A stretch of DNA of 64,000 nucleotides from Nibricoccus sp. (lineage in GTDB: Bacteria; Verrucomicrobiota; Verrucomicrobiia; Opitutales; Opitutaceae). The notes beneath the pieces are model-generated. The model did not search any database. It was not told the origin of the DNA and worked only from the letters and a program-made list of their open reading frames with translations. The translations under genes and the position numbers were made by a program. The stretch is taken from contig JASGHG010000001.1 of NCBI GenBank assembly GCA_047602425.1, forward strand, positions 1,760,001 through 1,824,000, read 5' to 3'. Below, piece after piece: positions 60,816 to 64,000 of this stretch (its first letter is position 1; each line of letters starts with the position of its first letter).

Positions 60816-62501
60816 ATGGCCAATATCCTGCTCCTCGATGACAACGAGATCGCCTGCCGAGCGATGCAAGGCATTCTCACCCGGGGACAACATCGCTGCC
60901 TGATCGCCCATGACACCGCCACGGCGTTCAAGATGCTGAGGGAGCTCCTGAAGTTCGATCTCGTTTTTCTCGAGCTCAAGCTCAGCAAGGGCGAAAACGG
61001 CATGCATTTCCTACAACATCTCCGCGACGATTGCTTCCTGAAGCTCCTTCCGGTGGTTGTTTACTCCTCGGTCAACCACCAGGAGATCGTGAAAAAAGCC
61101 CTCACGCTCAAAATCCAGAATTATCTGATCAAACCCTACCGCGACGAAGCCATCTACGCGGAGATCACCAAAGCCCTCGCCAATCCGTGGCGCAATTTGC
61201 ACTTCGAGGAGGAAAAATCCTTCTGCACCCAGATGGGCATCAAGCCGAGTGAGCTTAAAAAAATGCTCCACGAGCTGCGCGTCGCCCTCCACGCCGCAGT
61301 CGAACCGCTCCAGGACTGCGCACAAACGCGTAACCAAAAAGCCGCGCTCGAACTCGTGGGTCCTCTCACCGAACGCGCCGAAGCCGCGGGCGCATGGGGC
61401 GTCGTCGAGTACCTCCAGGGCCTCAAGGAAAAACTCGATATGCGCAGTTGGCCCGCCCTCACTCAAAGCAAGGACGACCTTGCCTTTATCTGCCAGCTGA
61501 TCGATTGCCACGTCGATCGCAATTACACACCGCCGGGATTCTATTCCGAGCAGGAGCGCAAGGAACAGGAAGAGGCCAAAATCCGCGCGCAGTGGATGGA
61601 CGCCGACGTTTCGCGCGGCACTCTCGTGCATCCGAGCGAGATCGAGCGTCATCTCGATCAATTGCAGGCGGGCCCCGCAATCGACACGGTCGCCGCCGCC
61701 TTCCTGATGAATGCCGACGGCCGCGCCCCGAGCCTAAACCAGCTGATAGATCTAGTTTCAAAGGATCCCTGGGTGACCGCGCAAGTGCTCATCACCGCGA
61801 ATCATTTGGAGCACGACGAGATGACTTCAATTGAGGACATTCGCCTCGCCGTGACGATGATCGGCTATGAAAAACTCACCGCGATGGCCAAGACCATGCC
61901 TCTCGTTGAGGAGCGCCACTTTCGCATGCTACCGGTCACTTGGGCCCATTACTGGATGTTTCAAGTCGCCGTCGCCCGCGTCGCCCAGCATGCCGCGACC
62001 AATCTCGAACTCACCGATCTCGCGCCCAATGCCTACGTAGCCGGATTGCTCCACGACTACGGTCGCCTTCCCCTCGTCCAACAATACCCCTACAGTTTCC
62101 AGGCGATTTCAAACTACGCGAAACTCCATTCCATCCCGCTCCACGAAGCGGAGAAAAAATACCTCGGCCTAACCAGCCGCGAAATCGGCGACTTGCTCGC
62201 GCGTCGTCTCGGCCTGCCCTCGGTGTACACCACCGTCATCCGGTACGTCGGCACACCCGAGGAAGTCGGCGAACGGGGCTACATGGTGGCCCTGATCACG
62301 CTGGCGCGAAATCTCTGCCTGCAAAATCAGATCGGATTCTCCGGCGAACCGCATTTGCCGATGCCGCATCTTGAGGAAACGCCCGCCTGGCAAATCCTGC
62401 GCAATCGCGTTTTTCCCAGCTTCAATTTGAAGAAGTTCGAATCGCAGACTCACAATTTCTGCGCCGCCCTCAAGCAGGAGCTCTCCGGCCTGATAACCTG
62501 A
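60816..62501 (+). CDS. Receiver plus HDOD domain signalling protein
   Basis: ILLLDD..KPY REC domain; KDP..AQVL..AN and AGLLHDYG HDOD motifs. Confidence 0.85.
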   Translation: MANILLLDDNEIACRAMQGILTRGQHRCLIAHDTATAFKMLRELLKFDLVFLELKLSKGENGMHFLQHLRDDCFLKLLPVVVYSSVNHQEIVKKALTLKIQNYLIKPYRDEAIYAEITKALANPWRNLHFEEEKSFCTQMGIKPSELKKMLHELRVALHAAVEPLQDCAQTRNQKAALELVGPLTERAEAAGAWGVVEYLQGLKEKLDMRSWPALTQSKDDLAFICQLIDCHVDRNYTPPGFYSEQERKEQEEAKIRAQWMDADVSRGTLVHPSEIERHLDQLQAGPAIDTVAAAFLMNADGRAPSLNQLIDLVSKDPWVTAQVLITANHLEHDEMTSIEDIRLAVTMIGYEKLTAMAKTMPLVEERHFRMLPVTWAHYWMFQVAVARVAQHAATNLELTDLAPNAYVAGLLHDYGRLPLVQQYPYSFQAISNYAKLHSIPLHEAEKKYLGLTSREIGDLLARRLGLPSVYTTVIRYVGTPEEVGERGYMVALITLARNLCLQNQIGFSGEPHLPMPHLEETPAWQILRNRVFPSFNLKKFESQTHNFCAALKQELSGLIT

Positions 62502-62529
62502 ACGCGGAAACCAAAACCATCCGCCACGC

Positions 62530-64000
62530 CTATTCAGCCTGCGGAAGATATTCGATCAAAACGCCCATGTTGCGGATGTAAGCGCCGGTCGAAATGCCAA
62601 TGGCCGGGTTGGGATCGGGATATGGCGACGTGTCCGTCTTATCGCCCACCCGCGCTTCGCAAAAGTCTCCCGGCGCAGGCTCTCGCAAACCGTCGCTGGA
62701 ATAAGGATGACTCGTGTACCGGATCGGAACGGGCCAAAATCCTTCGGTGTTCAAGCGCCCCAACAACCGCGCGGCTCGCTCGGCAATTCCCGGGCGTGAA
62801 TCTTTGCCGTGCTCGGGGTCGAAAAACCAGGCCCACTCGGGATTTCCCACCGTGAAATATCGCGGCAATGGTTGCTCCGACAATAGCGGTGAGCCCTTTG
62901 TAGCTTCGGCGACCGGCAATGCTTTGAGTTTTTCGAATTTTGCGCGCAGTCCCTCGACGTCGATCTGACGAAACGAACCATAATGCCCCACCGTGTGCTG
63001 CGGATTTTCGTCGGTATAGTATTCTCCGTTGACCACGTTGGAACCGCGACGGTGCAGATAAACGGGCTTGTTCGTGCCAACCTCGACAAAAGTCGGGTAA
63101 GCACGGCCTTCTTTAACTAACTCCTTGGGACAGCGAACGCTCTCCAGCCAGTCCAACGCGGCCGGAATCGGCTCCAGGTATTTCTTGTCGCCCGTCAGTC
63201 GGTAGAAATTGCCCAATTGGTCGATGCACGATGCCGTGGCATGCGTCGCCAGCGCGGCCGGCTCGTAGGTGCGCGCGCCCGCCGGTTTGAGTTCGAGCGT
63301 GTACTGCAAAGCCCATCCGGCTTGTGGCGGTTTCTGTTGGGTCGTCAAAAAACAGTCCATCCCCCTTTTGATGGGTTCAAGCAGCCGGCGCTCGCCCAGC
63401 ACTTGATGGCATTTCAGCAGAAAATCGATGTTTTCCGTGACCACGTCGTCGTTGAGCGTGATAAAGCCGGTGTAATCCGGACGCCCGTGATGCGAAAACT
63501 GATCCGTTGGCGGGAAACGCTGCGGCCAGCCACCGATCGGATATTGGCTTTCGAGGACGAACTGGATGGCCTTGTCCAGAGCCGGCCGGTACTTCGCGTC
63601 GTGCTTCTCCGCGTAAAGCCGCAGGAGAAATTTCGCACACTCCGCAGTACCGCCGTCGTCGAAGGTCGCATTGCCGTAATAATGTTGAAATTCCTCCAGA
63701 CGCCAGGCGTTGCGTCCGACGGTTGCGTACCACTGCCGCAACGAATCCTCACCGGCAAAATCCACCACATAATTCCACCCGCCGCTCGGATGCTGCCCGC
63801 GGATGAGCGCCGCCGCCACTGACTCCGCAGCGCGATAATAATATTCGTCGCCCGTCGCGTGATAGGCGTCGAGAAAAAGATGTCCCATCGTGCCCGTGCC
63901 CGGAGGCTGTATCCAAATCATGGATTTTTTCGCCTCCAATTCTCCCCAACGCCGGGAAAAATCCGCCAGATAAAACCAAACGTAACCTCCGTCGGTACTT
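62530..64000 (-). CDS. Pectate lyase, PL10 (5' end outside the window)
   Basis: ATFDD, GGWPQRFP, ITLND, WALQY, ARTYEP; the frame stays open to the window edge. Confidence 0.88.
   Translation of the reverse strand, partial: STDGGYVWFYLADFSRRWGELEAKKSMIWIQPPGTGTMGHLFLDAYHATGDEYYYRAAESVAAALIRGQHPSGGWNYVVDFAGEDSLRQWYATVGRNAWRLEEFQHYYGNATFDDGGTAECAKFLLRLYAEKHDAKYRPALDKAIQFVLESQYPIGGWPQRFPPTDQFSHHGRPDYTGFITLNDDVVTENIDFLLKCHQVLGERRLLEPIKRGMDCFLTTQQKPPQAGWALQYTLELKPAGARTYEPAALATHATASCIDQLGNFYRLTGDKKYLEPIPAALDWLESVRCPKELVKEGRAYPTFVEVGTNKPVYLHRRGSNVVNGEYYTDENPQHTVGHYGSFRQIDVEGLRAKFEKLKALPVAEATKGSPLLSEQPLPRYFTVGNPEWAWFFDPEHGKDSRPGIAERAARLLGRLNTEGFWPVPIRYTSHPYSSDGLREPAPGDFCEARVGDKTDTSPYPDPNPAIGISTGAYIRNMGVLIEYLPQAE

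Overview
GC-rich bacterial chromosomal window. The gene content suggests Verrucomicrobiota, probably Opitutaceae (inference from DUF5069, the long C-terminally extended ECF sigma, the ADOP permease and many plant-polysaccharide CAZymes). From left to right: (1) the end of a surface-polysaccharide locus (two GT4s, Wzx-like, Wzy/ligase-like, MBOAT plus SGNH-like acylation pair) invaded by a REP-associated tyrosine transposase and three REP doublets; (2) an accessory island at about 8.9-13.4 kb with a frameshifted HSQG hydrolase, a degenerate 21-bp tandem array, a helical protein gene broken by an in-frame TAG, a tandem DUF6795-like protein and a class-3 lipase; (3) GH11 xylanase/FGE-like pair, rodA, and an RNase E/G gene with a 4x20-bp repeat in its 3' UTR; (4) PL4 lyase, a redox/hydrolase operon ending in a tautomerase pseudogene, and an ECF41 module with its promoter; (5) S9 peptidases, transporters, GH43, GH127, an orphan divergent Hcp facing a possible His-Me nuclease, and a frameshifted archaeal-type thymidylate synthase; (6) an ECF-sigma paralogue family, a candidate structured ncRNA, pfk, GH31, a REC-HDOD regulator and a partial PL10 lyase. 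No tRNA, rRNA or CRISPR array was seen. Several single-base frameshifts may be sequencing errors. All family calls come from motif recognition by eye, not database searches.
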